From NCBI GenBank assembly GCA_004431415.1, contig QPMI01000161.1, forward strand, positions 124,001 through 188,000: DNA of 64,000 bases, written 5' to 3'. The notes under the pieces are model-generated. The model was not told the origin of the DNA. It saw only the letters and a list, made by a program, of their open reading frames with translations, and ran no database searches. The position numbers and the translations under genes were made by a program. Source of the stretch: Cyanophora paradoxa CCMP329. Taxonomy: Eukaryota > Plantae > Glaucophyta. Below, in pieces: positions 52,937-64,000 of this stretch. Each line of letters opens with the position of its first letter. Position 1 is the stretch's first letter.

Positions 52937-53814
52937 GGCGGGCGGGGGCGTTGACAGGGGTGGCTGGGCAGCGGGGCGTCATCTGCGGGAAAAGGAAGCT
53001 AGCTAAGGAAGGGCGCGTACCATAGCATAGTTCGGTTGCTGCGGCTTGGCCGAGTAGGACGCCCCACTGCTAACCGGCGTCCCCCTCCAGATGGCTTTGA
53101 TCGCATCGACCCACGTCTGACGTTCGTGCGCCGAGTCGGCGTAAAGCGTGTGATTGCCGTCCGACGCGTTGAGCTGCGAGACGTGGCCCCTTGATCAGGG
53201 GCGGCAGTTGGGCCAAGGTCAGACGGTGCGGACCTTGAATCCGTAGCGTCCGTCGCTTTCGACAAGACCAAGAATCGGATCGCTGTTAGGCGGAATGCTG
53301 ATCGACTTGGAGCCGCCAACCTGCGGCAGCCGCCTCGTTATGCGAACGCCGCTAACATGGAGCTTTTAACGCGGCCCGGCAAACCTTCGGATCTTTGGAG
53401 TACGTCACTGAGCCTTTGCTGATGATGAAGTACCGCGTCTTCCATCGCTTGAAGAGCCGGCCCTTCTTTGCAAGCCACCCGGCCTTCTGGTCGCTGCTCA
53501 TGTCCTTGCCGCTGTCGGCCCACGCCCTCCGAAGCTAAAGCCGAAGCTGAAGTCTCCCGCACAGCTTTCCCCGTCCACACGGCCTCCGAGTTCACGCCAG
53601 AGGGTTTCCTGTACCCGCCGGCTCAGGAGTCAGAAGTCAGGACGCTGCGGCGCAGGCTGCGGGTTACGGCTTCGTGTCCTCATCGCTTGCTGTTTACGGT
53701 CGTATATCGTAGCAGCGCGAGATTCGCAGCATTACCGTCAGCAGGCAAGGTTTGATCAGCAGGGAGCGCGAGATTCGAGTATAAGCGCCGTCTGAGCATT
53801 CGATCGGCGTAGTC

Positions 53815-56026
53815 ATGGATTTCTTCACGCTCCTCTTCGTTGTGCTGCTCGTCGTCTGCGGCGGAATCAACTACTCGCAATGGCAGAGCAGCAAGGTCGT
53901 GAAGACTCCCGCTTTCACGAAGTTCCAGTACAACTACATCGCGGTCTATCTGCTCGCCATGGGTGCGGCCCGTCTCGTCTCTCGCCCTCGTCCCTGCTCA
54001 CCTTGGTCCTTCCGCGGCCTGTCCCCCGACGTGCCCGCGCAGCCTCGGATTGGCTTCAGGGACCGTGAGTTGTTCCCATCCCTCCTCGTCCTGCCCGCGC
54101 TCGCCTCGCGCTCATGTTCGAACCACATCTTTCCCGCGCAGCTATGTCTACGCGCTGTACGAGGCGTACGGCTACAAGGAGGGCGATATTGGCAAGCTGT
54201 TCATTGCCGGATTCGGCTCCAGCATGATCTTCGGCACGATCGTCGGCTCCGTCGCCGACAAGTAGTGCGCGGCGCCGCCCCGCCGCACTCGACGTGTCCG
54301 GGAATGAGCGGCGTCCCTCGCAGCGGTCGTAAGAAGAACTGCATTCTTTTCGGCATCATCTACTCGCTCTCCTGCATCACGAAGCACTTCAAGGACTTCA
54401 AGATCCTCATGCTCGGCCGCCTTTTCGGCGGCATCGCCACCTCCCTCCTCTTCTCCGCTTTCGAATCCTGGCTCGTGTACGAGCACAACAAGGTGCGCGG
54501 AAACCGAGCCGTGTCAGGGCCTGCGAGTGGCGCGCCGAGGCCCCGCGCAGCTCCAGTTCGCGCCGGACCTCCTCGCGAACACCTTCTCCATCGCAACGCT
54601 CGGCAACGGCATAATCGCCATTCTCTCCGGCCTCGTCGCCAGCGCTGTTGCCGCGAAGGTCCGCCCGAGGCTCCAGTCCTTCCCGAGCCGCCCCGACGCC
54701 GGCCGCGCACACAGTACGGCCTCGTCGCGCCCTTCGACACGGCGCTCGTTCTCCTCATCGTGTGCACGCTCATCGTCGCGGCGACTTGGACCGAGAACTA
54801 CGGCGATCAGCGCGTCAACGTCGAGGCTTCTTTCAAGAACGCCTGGCAGACCCTCATCTCCGGTGCGCCCCTTCCCCTCCTTTACGGCCCACGCGCCTCC
54901 TCTTAAGCCCGAGCAGACCAGAAGGTCTGGCTCCTGGGTTCCATCCAGTCTCTCTTCGAGGGCTCGATGTACATCTTCGTCTTCAAGTGGACGCCCTCGC
55001 TCTCGGGGAGCACGCCCATCCCCCACGGCATGATCTTCGCCTGCTTCATGGTGCGTACGCGTACCCCTCCGCCCTGCGACCCCCGACCCGCCCTGCAGGT
55101 CTGCGTGATGATCGGAAGCGCGGTCTTCAAGTACCTGATGGCCTCCTCCCGCATCGAGAACTTCGCCCGCGGCATGTTCGCCACCGCGGCCGTCTCTCTC
55201 TTCGTTCCCGTCATCACCGAGGTCCGCCCCGCCCCTCCCCTCCCCCGCCCCGCCCCTCCCCTCCCCCGCCCGCCCGCTCTTTTCCCCCCGCGTCGCCCGT
55301 CGATCCGTCGTGACCCGCGCTGCGCAGAACCGCACGATGCGGCTGCTCTCGTTCCTCATCTTCGAGGTGTGCTGCGGCATCTTCTGGCCCTGCCTGGGCA
55401 CCATGCGCTCCAAGTACGTTCCCGAGGAGGTCTGTATTTTCCTCCCCCTCTCCGGCCCCTCCCCCCATCCTCCCCGCTCACCCCCCCAGTAGGTCCGCGC
55501 GACGATCATGAACTTCTTCCGCGTGCCCCTTAACCTCTTCGTCGTCACGGTCTTGCTCGAGGTCCGGTGGAGCCCTTTCTTTCCTTCTTCCCACGCGCGC
55601 CGGCCCAGGCAGACGCGGGCGCAGGTGGAGAAGATGTCGACGCAGTCGGTCTTTATGTTCTGCACGGCGCTCCTGGTCGTCGCCGCCGTCTGCCAGCACC
55701 GCCTCTGGTCCCTCGTCCGCTCCGAGACGCACCAGTCCGGTCCGCGATCCTGTCCGCCCCTCTAGCGCTTAGGCACGCAGGCCCCGCGGCCCGTGAGCGG
55801 GGGCGCGGGGGCGCAGACGAGAAAGGGGCCCACCCCCCCGCGTCCGCCGCCCCGCGGTCGCCAGTGGCTAAGGCCGGGCGGCACGCGGAGTGATCTAGGA
55901 GGGGCTAGAGCCGGCCGCGCGCGCGCGTGCCTGCCGCCAGCCAACCGAGAGTCGCCCAGCGTAGGTCTGGCCACCCGGGTCGACATGGACGAGGAGCTGG
56001 AGCACCTCCACGAGGGCGGCCACTGA
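53815..56026 (+). CDS. MFSD5: Molybdate-anion transporter, MOT2/MFSD5 family (MFS), spliced
   Basis: YL..YLLAM..DWLQGP|YVYALY, LFIAGFGSS, GRLFGGIATSLLFSAFESW, SLFEGSMYIFVFKWTP, RSKYVPEE|VRATIMNFFRVPLN. Confidence 0.92.
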
Positions 56027-56472
56027 CGCTCCCCCTCCGCCTCCGCATCCGCCGCCGCCCGGGAACACCCCCCCCTTTGCCCGGCCGGCGTTGCCGCTGC
56101 GCCCCGCTCGGCGCGTCCTGCGATCTACCGCCAGCGCTTGTCCGACCGTCAGTGTATGCACTTCGGCAGTCTCCGAGAACCCCCCTCGCATTGTGAGTTG
56201 CTGCTCTTTTTTTGCACAGGAAATGTACGGTACCTTCCCGGCATGCTGAGAAGATTGCACAACCTCGAGCTCGGACGGGGATTCACATGTATATTAATAG
56301 CATTTGCACATCTATTGAAAGTATGCTGGGTCCTAAAAGGGAACGGGGCGATTTGGTAAGGCGTTGAACGGACGCAGAGGCGTCCCCAGGCCTAAGTTGC
56401 TTGCCGCGAGGCGACCCCTGTACAAAACCCGAGATGCCTTCCATCATACCTCATGAGCCGCCTCAAGGCAGG

Positions 56473-57207
56473 TCAGGGCACGCCTGCCTCGGCCTCCTCG
56501 CCCTCCTCCATCAGCGGATTCATGCGAGGGCCGACATCGGGCTGGCTAGCCGCCGTTGCCGCTGCCGCTGAGCGCGCTGCGGCGGCCTGCTGTCGTCTCC
56601 GGCGAGCTTCGACGAGTGCATCGCCCTGGCTCTTTCCTGGAACCGCCGAGTTCAAGTACGTCGAAGGCTTGCTGCAGCTAGCGCTGGCGCTGAGCTTTGC
56701 GCCCGCTGGCTTCGCTGCCGGCGCCCCAGAAGAAGATGCTGATTTCACGCTGGTGAAAGAAGCGGACTGCCTGCGGTTCACAGTCTGCGGCGCAGCGCCC
56801 GCGTACACGGAGACGGCGTCCGCAAGCGACCTAGGCAAGCGTAAGGGTAGGCTCCGGCGAAATTCAAGCGTAGCAGTCTCTCTTAGTGGGAGGCCAACGC
56901 ACGAGCGGTAGTTAGGGAGCTGGACGGCGTGCACACGCCTCACGATGCGGGTTGGGCTCGAGCCGCTCGACTCCTTCCCCCTGGGTGGCATAGCTGCGTT
57001 CCAGGACTCCAATAACGCTAGCGCTCACACTCGTTGAGGCTGGAGTGGGCTGCAAGCTTGAAGGCCTGGACGTTTCGTTACCGGGAGCTCCAGTGGTGTC
57101 GCTGTGCTTGCTTCAGCGCTTTGAGGGCTCGCAGCCTGGGATTTGAGGGCTTTAAGGTCCTGTGCTCGAGTAATCTGGGTACGCGCCCTGCGTGGGGGTA
57201 CACACAC
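56473..57207 (-). CDS. Hypothetical low-complexity protein (structure and start uncertain)
   Basis: Open frame 56473-57012 with a protein-like C-terminus (EARRRRQQAAAA...EEGEEAEAGVP*). No recognisable motif. Confidence 0.35.
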
Positions 57208-57413
57208 TGCTCGCGGCAGAGAACAAACACGGCCTGTGACACACGTCTATACCTACGTAACGCTCTTCCAGGATAGCGCGTCCCGATTCAACTTGCTTGG
57301 TAGGGTAGGGTTACGCTCGGCGCACTAGCTTGGAAAAGAAGGCCAGCCAACCACAGGTACTCCCGAGCGGCCGCCGACTGCAGGCGATCGATCGCTGCCG
57401 GCCGGCGGCGGCC

Positions 57414-59043
57414 ATGGCGCAGCCGGAGATTTCGATCCAAGTCGCGACCGCCGGCCCGCAGCTTGCAGCCCTGCAAACGGCTGGCGCGTCCAAGAGCAAG
57501 CTCGCCGTGCATTACGTGACGGTGGGTGATGTCTCAGCCGCGATCGGAGGCCGCTGCTGAACCCGTCGCGAACAGCCCGGCGAGGTGATCACTTCTGAGC
57601 AGGGCTTTCTACGGTGAGCGACGCAGCGCCAATGAATACACCATCGATCGCGCTCTGATCCCTGCGCTCGCGCAGGGGCCACGGCACGTACGTGGAGGAC
57701 GGCAGCCTGATCGCTTCTGTGAGCGGCGTGGTGGAGCGTGTGAACAAGCTCATCTCCGTGCGGCCGCTGCGTTCCAGGTGCCCCGCAACGCCGAGCAAAC
57801 CGCTCGCGACTCGGCCTCACATCGCGGCGCAGGTACACTGGCGAGATTGGCGATGTGGTGGTCGGGCGCATCGCGGAGGTCGGCCAGAAGCGGTGGAAAG
57901 TCGACGTGAACTCGCGACAAGACGCCGTGCTTCAGCTATCTTCTATCAACCTTCCCGGCGGCGTTCAGGTTCGGAACACTTCGTCTCGAGACTTTCCCAT
58001 TCGAAATCACCGCACAATCTAAGCCTTAATTCGAATGATGACCAAAAAAATTATCAAAGGCTTAACCATTGACGTCCCTCACGGGGCGCTTGAAACAACC
58101 TTTGTCTGACTCTGCGATCTATTCATCTTTCCTACTTCTCCCGCCCCACTTTCACGGAGTAAACTATCTCGAATGATGACCAAAAAAATTATCAAAGGCT
58201 TAACCATTGACGTCCCTCACGGGGCGCTTGAAACAACCTTTGTCTGACTCTGCGATCTATTCATCTTTCCTACTTCTCCCGCCCCACTTTCACGGAGTAA
58301 ACTATCTCGAATGATGACCAAAAAATTATCAAAGGCTTAACCATTGACGTCCCTCACGGGGCGCTTGAAAACACCTTTGTCTGACTCGCCTCTCTCCCTG
58401 CGCGCTTAATTTCCGGCCCCCTCGTACCCGTCCTCGCCAGCTGCTCACCACTCCCGCGCCGCCGCCGGCAGCGGAGGCGCACGATGGAGGACGAGCTGAA
58501 CATGCGACTCTTCTTCGAAGAGGGGGACCTGATCTCGGTGCGCTGGGATCCCCCCGAGGCCCCGCTCCTCCCCCCCGACGCGCTTGCCGGCAGGCGGAGG
58601 TGCAGTCCTTCTTCGCGGACGGGGCGCTGGGCCTTCACACGCGCTCGCTCAAGTACGGGAAGCTGGAGAACGGCGTGGTGGTGGTCGTGCCGCAGACGCT
58701 CGTGAAGCGGGCCAAGCAGCACTTCCACAGCCTGCCCGAGCTCGGGGTGGACGTCATCCTGGGGAACAACGGCTTCTGCTGGGTGGCGCCCCTCGAGAAG
58801 GGCGAGGCGACGCGGGAGGCGCGCGAGGCCGTCGCCCGCGTCCGCAACGCCATCGAGCTCCTCGGCCAGCTCTTCGTCGCCGTGTACCCCCAGACCATCG
58901 CCGACGTCGTCGAGGGCGCCGCCGCCCGCGGGCTCTCCCCGGCGGAGATGCTCAGGCCCGAGCACGCCCTGGCGATCACGGAGCGCGCCCGCTCCCGCCG
59001 AGAGGTACCCGAGGGCGCCTCCGCCAAGTACGGCGAGATATAG
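57414..59043 (+). CDS. RRP4: Exosome complex component RRP4 (EXOSC2), spliced
   Basis: VT|PGEVIT...FLR|[71 protein letters not shown]. Confidence 0.95.
58031..58388 (+). ncRNA. Three tandem C/D-box snoRNA-like units (138-bp period) in an RRP4 intron
   Basis: ATGATGA (C box) at 58035, 58173 and 58311. CTGA (D box) at 58106, 58244 and 58381. Each unit is about 75 nt with internal stems CAAAGG/CCTTTG and CGTCCC/GGGGCG. Confidence 0.6.
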
Positions 59044-59281
59044 CCGCTCGGGTAGTGCACAGCGTACGCCTGGTTGGGCCCAGCAGCAGCAGCGCGGGGC
59101 AGAGCAGTTCTCGTCAGGTTTAGAGTACGTAGTAACCGTAGCGCAGGCCAGGCAGTGTAAGGTTCTGCAGTTATCGTAGTAGTGTTAATACTGTGTTATT
59201 GCTTCACTTATTCGATCGAATCGACGCGAGCTACGTACAGATACGCCGCCGACGGACTGAGCGACATCGGGGCCGGGGCCC

Positions 59282-61497
59282 TCAGGCGGAGGCCGGGGTG
59301 CCGCCGGCGGGGGCTGCCTCGGAGGGCGAGGCAATGGGTGGGAATAGTTGAGCAGCCATCGCGCGGAGAGCGTACTCGCCCCGGATTTCGCGATCGAACA
59401 CTCGCACCTGCTCGGAAAAAAATGATAAAGGGCGAACAGGTACACGGCGCTTCGAATCGCGCAAGTGTGGGGGGCGGGCCTGAGAGATCTTGAGGTCGGG
59501 GTCGGCGGCGCGCAGGGTGCGCTCCACGAATGCGATGTTCGACGCGTGGTCCCGCCCCCGCTGGGCGCAGAAGGCGCACGGCTCTTCCGCTCCGTGGCCT
59601 GCCTCCCCGGGGGCCGGCGCCTCCCCCGGCGGGGGCATCACCTGCTGTCGATAAGGGCGGGGGGAAGGGGGGAGGGGCGAGAAAGAAAGCGGAGGGGGTT
59701 ACGACTCGCCTGGTTGACGACGATGCGGTGGACGGGTACGTGCTCCTGGCGGAGCTCTGCGACCAGCCGCTCCGTCTCCGCGATCGCCATCATCTGGTAC
59801 CGGGGTCAAAAGAGGAGGGGGGGGGGGAGGCAGAGGGGGGCGGAGCGCGGACGGTGGGGATGGTGACGACGACGAACTCGGTAGCCTCCTGGTCCCGGAA
59901 TAGCTTCGAGACCTGGGCACGTACCCCTTGGGTGGGGAAAGGGCGAAGGAAAGCTGGGGGGGTCGGGAGGCTGGGGGGTACCTGCTTCATGCTCTCCTTC
60001 ATCTCCTCGAGCTGCTGGAGGGCCTCGGCCTCCTCGGAGGCGCTAGGGGCGCCCCCGAACATCGACGCCGCCTGGCCCCTGCGAGCACGGAGCGCCGCGA
60101 CTCAGACTCCATATCCCACAACAGCAAGAACGTTGGACGGACATGAAGGAGGACATCTTGGAGCGGAGGGAGATGATCTTGCCGACCATCGAATCAAGGA
60201 ACTGGGGGAACTGCAGCAGCCGCAGCGTGTGGCCCGTCGGCGCCGTGTCGAACACGATCCGATCGAACTGCGAGTATGCAGGGTCCTGCGCGGCGCTCAG
60301 GTGAGGGGCCGAGGTGGCGGACGGCTCCAGGGGCGGGCGCGGAGCGAGGATGTGGGGGTACCTGGATAAAGCGGACGATCTCTGATAGAGCGAGGGTCTC
60401 GTCGAATCCCGGCGGCATCTTCTCGAAAAGCTCGCCCAGCTCCTGAGATACGGAAAATAAAGAGAGAATGGGGTACGTAGAGGAGGGGAGGGGGGTACGC
60501 ACGCCCATGCCCATGGCGGAGAGCTGTGCCTGGTCCTGGGCGCTCATGGGGGCGAGGGAGGCGCGGCGGCCCTTCTCCGGGTCCAGCTCCAGCCCCCACA
60601 GGTTCGGGATCCCCGGTACAGGCACAGGCTCCTCCTCGTCCCCCGGCGTCTGCCGCGGAATCAGAGAGGGAGAAGTTCGGGCGGGGTAAGGCCGCGCACG
60701 GTGAGCGGGGGGCAGTTGAAAGAGTCGGAGAGGGAGTGCGCGGGGTCGGTGGAGAGCACGAGGGTCTTCTCACCTGCGGGGCGCGCTTCGGCGGCGCGCG
60801 AGGCGCCGCGGGCCCTGCGGGAAGGCGGACCGAGGCTTGCGAACTGGACGGCGATGGCCGCGGCCGTGCTCGTCTTGCCCACGCCGCCCTTGCCGCCCAC
60901 CTGCGACCGACGAATCAGAGGAGTCGATCCAGAGTTCGGTGCGAGCGCCGCCTGCACCATAATGTATCGGCGCTTTTTGTTGGTGATGAGGTCGCGGGTC
61001 TCCGGCGGCGGCGGAGTCCACGGCGCCGGCTGCGACGTCCTCGATCGCACCGGCGCCTGAGCTGTAACAGAGGAGCTAGACGAGGCAGCAGGCGACTGCT
61101 CCGCGGACGACGGCGCCTGGCGGGCCGGGCGCGATTCGTCCTTCGACGAGCTCCCGCGGAAGCGCGCAACAAGCTGCTGGGCGGCGAGAGCCACTACAGC
61201 ACCAGCTGCACCAGTGAAGATCGGCGTCGCGTTGAAGCTGCGGGGCTTCGGCGCGTTCGGCTGCGCGTCGACGGAGATTTGCGTCTGCGTGCCGGTCGTC
61301 TTCCCGGTGCTCTGCGAGCCGCCGGCGCGAGCGACGACCTCATAATCTTGCCCCCGGCTGACTCTGCTGCGCTGGATCCGCCCCCCGGCGTCGAATCGCT
61401 GCTCGCTCCTCCCGTACAGCTCGCCGCGCGCCGACGCGATCCCGTTCCTGGGCGGAGCTACCGGAACTGCGAAAGCCTGGTCGTGCGCGCCGCGCAT
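59282..61497 (-). CDS. GET3: GET3/ArsA ATPase, organellar (plastid GET3b-like) with long N-terminal extension, spliced
   Basis: [59 protein letters not shown]-terminus ...AFAVPVAP. Confidence 0.9.
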
Positions 61498-61562
61498 CTT
61501 TACTCGAGGTGCGGCCGTGTGCGGCGGTGCGCCTGCAACCCGGGTATAGGAAGAATTCGGCG
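61498..61562. promoter_or_regulatory. Very short divergent intergenic region (candidate bidirectional promoter)
   Basis: 65 bp between the inferred ATGs of GET3 (-) and METTL14 (+). Confidence 0.45.
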
Positions 61563-63477
61563 ATGTACGAGGTGGTGCGGCTGCGCTCGGAGCGGCGTCG
61601 GCGGACGGCCGTCGAGGTCCTTGACGCGCTCGGACGATCTCCGCCGCCCTCCCCGGCTCCGCGTGAAGGAGAGCGTTGGTGGGATCAGTACGACAACGCC
61701 GCGCGCGGAGGCGCAGACGAGGACAGCGAAGAACGAACGTCGCGCAGCGCTCGCACGGAGAGCGACGTGTACGAGTCCGGCGAATCCGCGAAGCGGGCGC
61801 GGGTCGGCGGCAGCGCAGAGTGTACGCGCGATTCGGAGCGGAGCCTCCAGGGCTCCTCTGCCGGCCCTGGAGGAACCTCCACAGCCAATGCTCTTGGTGT
61901 GTACCGGCCCCGCCTCGGCAGCTCGCAGGCTCGGCCGCGGTCCTCGATCACTTCCGCTTTCGAATTCAGCTGACTGGCTGTGCGGCAGCGCGCGCAAGAG
62001 AGCACACGGGCACGACCTCGACACAGCTGCTCGACAGACCGAAGAACGACTACAGCCTGCACTTCGTGACGAGCGGGCAGCGGCCGCAGAACTTCGTGCG
62101 GGACGCCGACATGCACGATCGGTTGGAGGAGTACCCGAAGCTGCGCGAGCTGTTCACGCTCAAGGAGGAGATCTACAAGCGCACGGCCCCGCCGCCCTTC
62201 TACCTTCAGTGCGACCTCCGCACATTTGATCTCGCCTCTCTTTCCCTCAAGTTCGACGTGATCCTCGTCGACCCGCCCTGGCCCGAGTGCGCGCGCTCGC
62301 CTGTGCGCACGCTCGACCCGTCCGCTCACATTCCGGGCAGGTACGCGCGGCGGTATCCCGGCCTGGTCACGGACAGCTGGAGCTTCGAGGAGATGGCGCG
62401 CCTGCGGATCGACGCCGTCGCCGACAGCGTGCGCTCCCTCCCGCGCTCCTTCGCCTCCCGTTGCCCGCGGCCGCCTTCCGAGCCTCTCTGCAGCGCTGCT
62501 TCCTCTTCCTGTGGGTCGGCAGCAGTGAGGGCTTGGACCACGTGCGCGCGCCCCGCCTCGGGCCTCCTGCCGCTTTTCCCCCTCGTCACCCCCGTGTTCC
62601 GCCCCCAGGGCCGGCAGCTGATGCGGCGGTGGGGCTTCCGCCGCTGCGAGGACGTCTGCTGGCTCAAGACGAACGTTCGCCGCACCGACTCACGCGTCGT
62701 CGACCACGACAAGGAGAGGCGCGTATCCCTCCTCGAACTCCCCCCTCCGTCGGCCTCACCCCCCGTGCAGCGTTCTGAAACGGGTAAAGGAGCACCTGCT
62801 GGTGGGTATCCGGGGCACGGTGCGGGGCGCCGCGGCGGGGTCCGGGGGCGGCCTCGTGAAGGGCGGCCCCCGGGGCCAGGTGCGGCGCTCGACGGACGGC
62901 GACTTCATCCACGCGAACGTCGACACCGACATCGTCATCGCCGAGGAGCCGCCCCACGGCTGTCCGCCCCGCCCCGCCCCGCCCCGCCCCGCTCCGCGCT
63001 GCGCCCCCGCCTCGAGGGCTCTCGGCGCTAGCGAGCTTCAGCTTCCAGTTGAACTGACTCTCTTACGAACTCCGCCCATATTATAAACTGAACGTTTCAG
63101 AAGTATAGCCGCGGCCGCGCCACCGCGCCCGCCCGCTTAGTCGCCGCAGCGCTGCGGAAGCCGGAGGAGGTGTACCACGTCGTCGAGCACTTCTGCCTCG
63201 GGCAGCGCCGCCTCGAGCTCTTCGGCGAGGCCCGTGCTTTGCCGCCACCCCTCCCGATCCCCTTCTAGTGTTGACGCGGGCGGCGCAGACGCACAACATC
63301 CGGCAGGGCTGGCTGACGCTGGGGCGCGACCTTGTCGGCTCGAGCTTCAGCCGCCCCGCCTACCTCGCCGCCCTCGAGCGGGCCGGCCCGCGCGTCCCCA
63401 CCACGCCCCAGATCGAGGCCCTCCGCCCCAAGTCGCCCCCTCGCGGCGGGCCCCGCCTCGGCGCCGGCCCCAAGTAG
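61563..63477 (+). CDS. METTL14: m6A methyltransferase non-catalytic subunit METTL14/MTB (MT-A70 family), spliced
   Basis: [20 protein letters not shown]...[71 protein letters not shown]|[12 protein letters not shown]. Confidence 0.93.
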
Positions 63478-63538
63478 CAGCGGGAAGGCTTAGCCAGGAT
63501 TTGAAGTAAGAGAGAGCAGGTCCTTCGGCTGGCTGGAG

Positions 63539-64000
63539 CTAGACGAGGAGGTAGGAGACGAGGGCCTGCTCGCGGGCGGTGGCGTCCGAGTGCCACTTCT
63601 CCACGATGGCGCGGAGCAGCGGGTCCCCCCGCCGCCCGCACATCACGTCCTGCATCGCCCGGTACCCCAGCAGCCACGAGTCGTCCGCCGACCGCGGCCG
63701 CCGGTTCATCTCGTAGTCGTCGTGCCACATCTGCGCGCGCGAGCCCCCGGACTCTTCTTCGCTGCGGAGGGGTGCGCAAATGAACTTCCAAACGCACGCG
63801 GCCGGAGAGGGTCACGAGGAGGTCGTCGCCCATGAAGAAGCACGCGTAGCTGTACCCCCCGTCAGAACGAGGGAGGGCTCCGGTAAAAGAAGAGGCGGGC
63901 GGAGGGCGTGGAAATAAGCACAAGAAGACTAGGGGGTAGATCTTAAAATCACAGAGAGAGATAGATTCGCCGGATCTCGGGAGGCTCATAAGCGTGGGAC
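63539..64000 (-). CDS. 3' exons of an unidentified gene extending beyond the window
   Basis: Exons YACFFMGDDLL|MWHDDYEMNRR...LVSYLLV* separated by a GT-AG intron. Confidence 0.55.

Noticed and set aside
53000-53800. Possible small gene between CaMK and MOT2
   Set aside because: Only short ORFs with no recognisable motif or consistent exon chain.
58031-58388. CRISPR-like repeat/spacer appearance
   Set aside because: The spacers are identical, the units are too long, the locus is a eukaryotic intron, and there are no cas genes.

Overview
Very GC-rich, gene-dense eukaryotic nuclear DNA with about 23 protein-coding genes, each broken by many short (about 50-100 nt) spliceosomal introns. The ORF track therefore captures only exon fragments, and the gene spans below are my manual spliced reconstructions. 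Several proteins start with F-containing plastid-type transit peptides lacking a signal peptide (MAFANAA, MASTSFVAAVP, ASFVPAAP), and there is a ciliary TPR gene. Together these suggest a flagellated primary-plastid alga, most plausibly a glaucophyte such as Cyanophora (inference). Genes: soluble fumarate reductase (partial), two paralogous subtilases, two coiled-coil proteins, phosphoribosyltransferase, FAD synthetase, degenerate histidine-kinase-like protein, RING/TRAF protein, carotene-desaturase-like flavoprotein, zinc-finger protein, TTC25-like protein, NC2alpha, UAP1, a type I membrane protein, M13 peptidase, CaMK, MOT2/MFSD5, RRP4, GET3/ArsA and METTL14. Most notable observations: a textbook U12-type AT-AC intron, an unusually high rate of GC-AG introns, a triplicated C/D-box snoRNA-like unit in an RRP4 intron, a 2.1-kb segment bounded by a 15-bp inverted repeat that carries a zinc-finger gene, and an inverted exon copy placed in another gene's 3' region.
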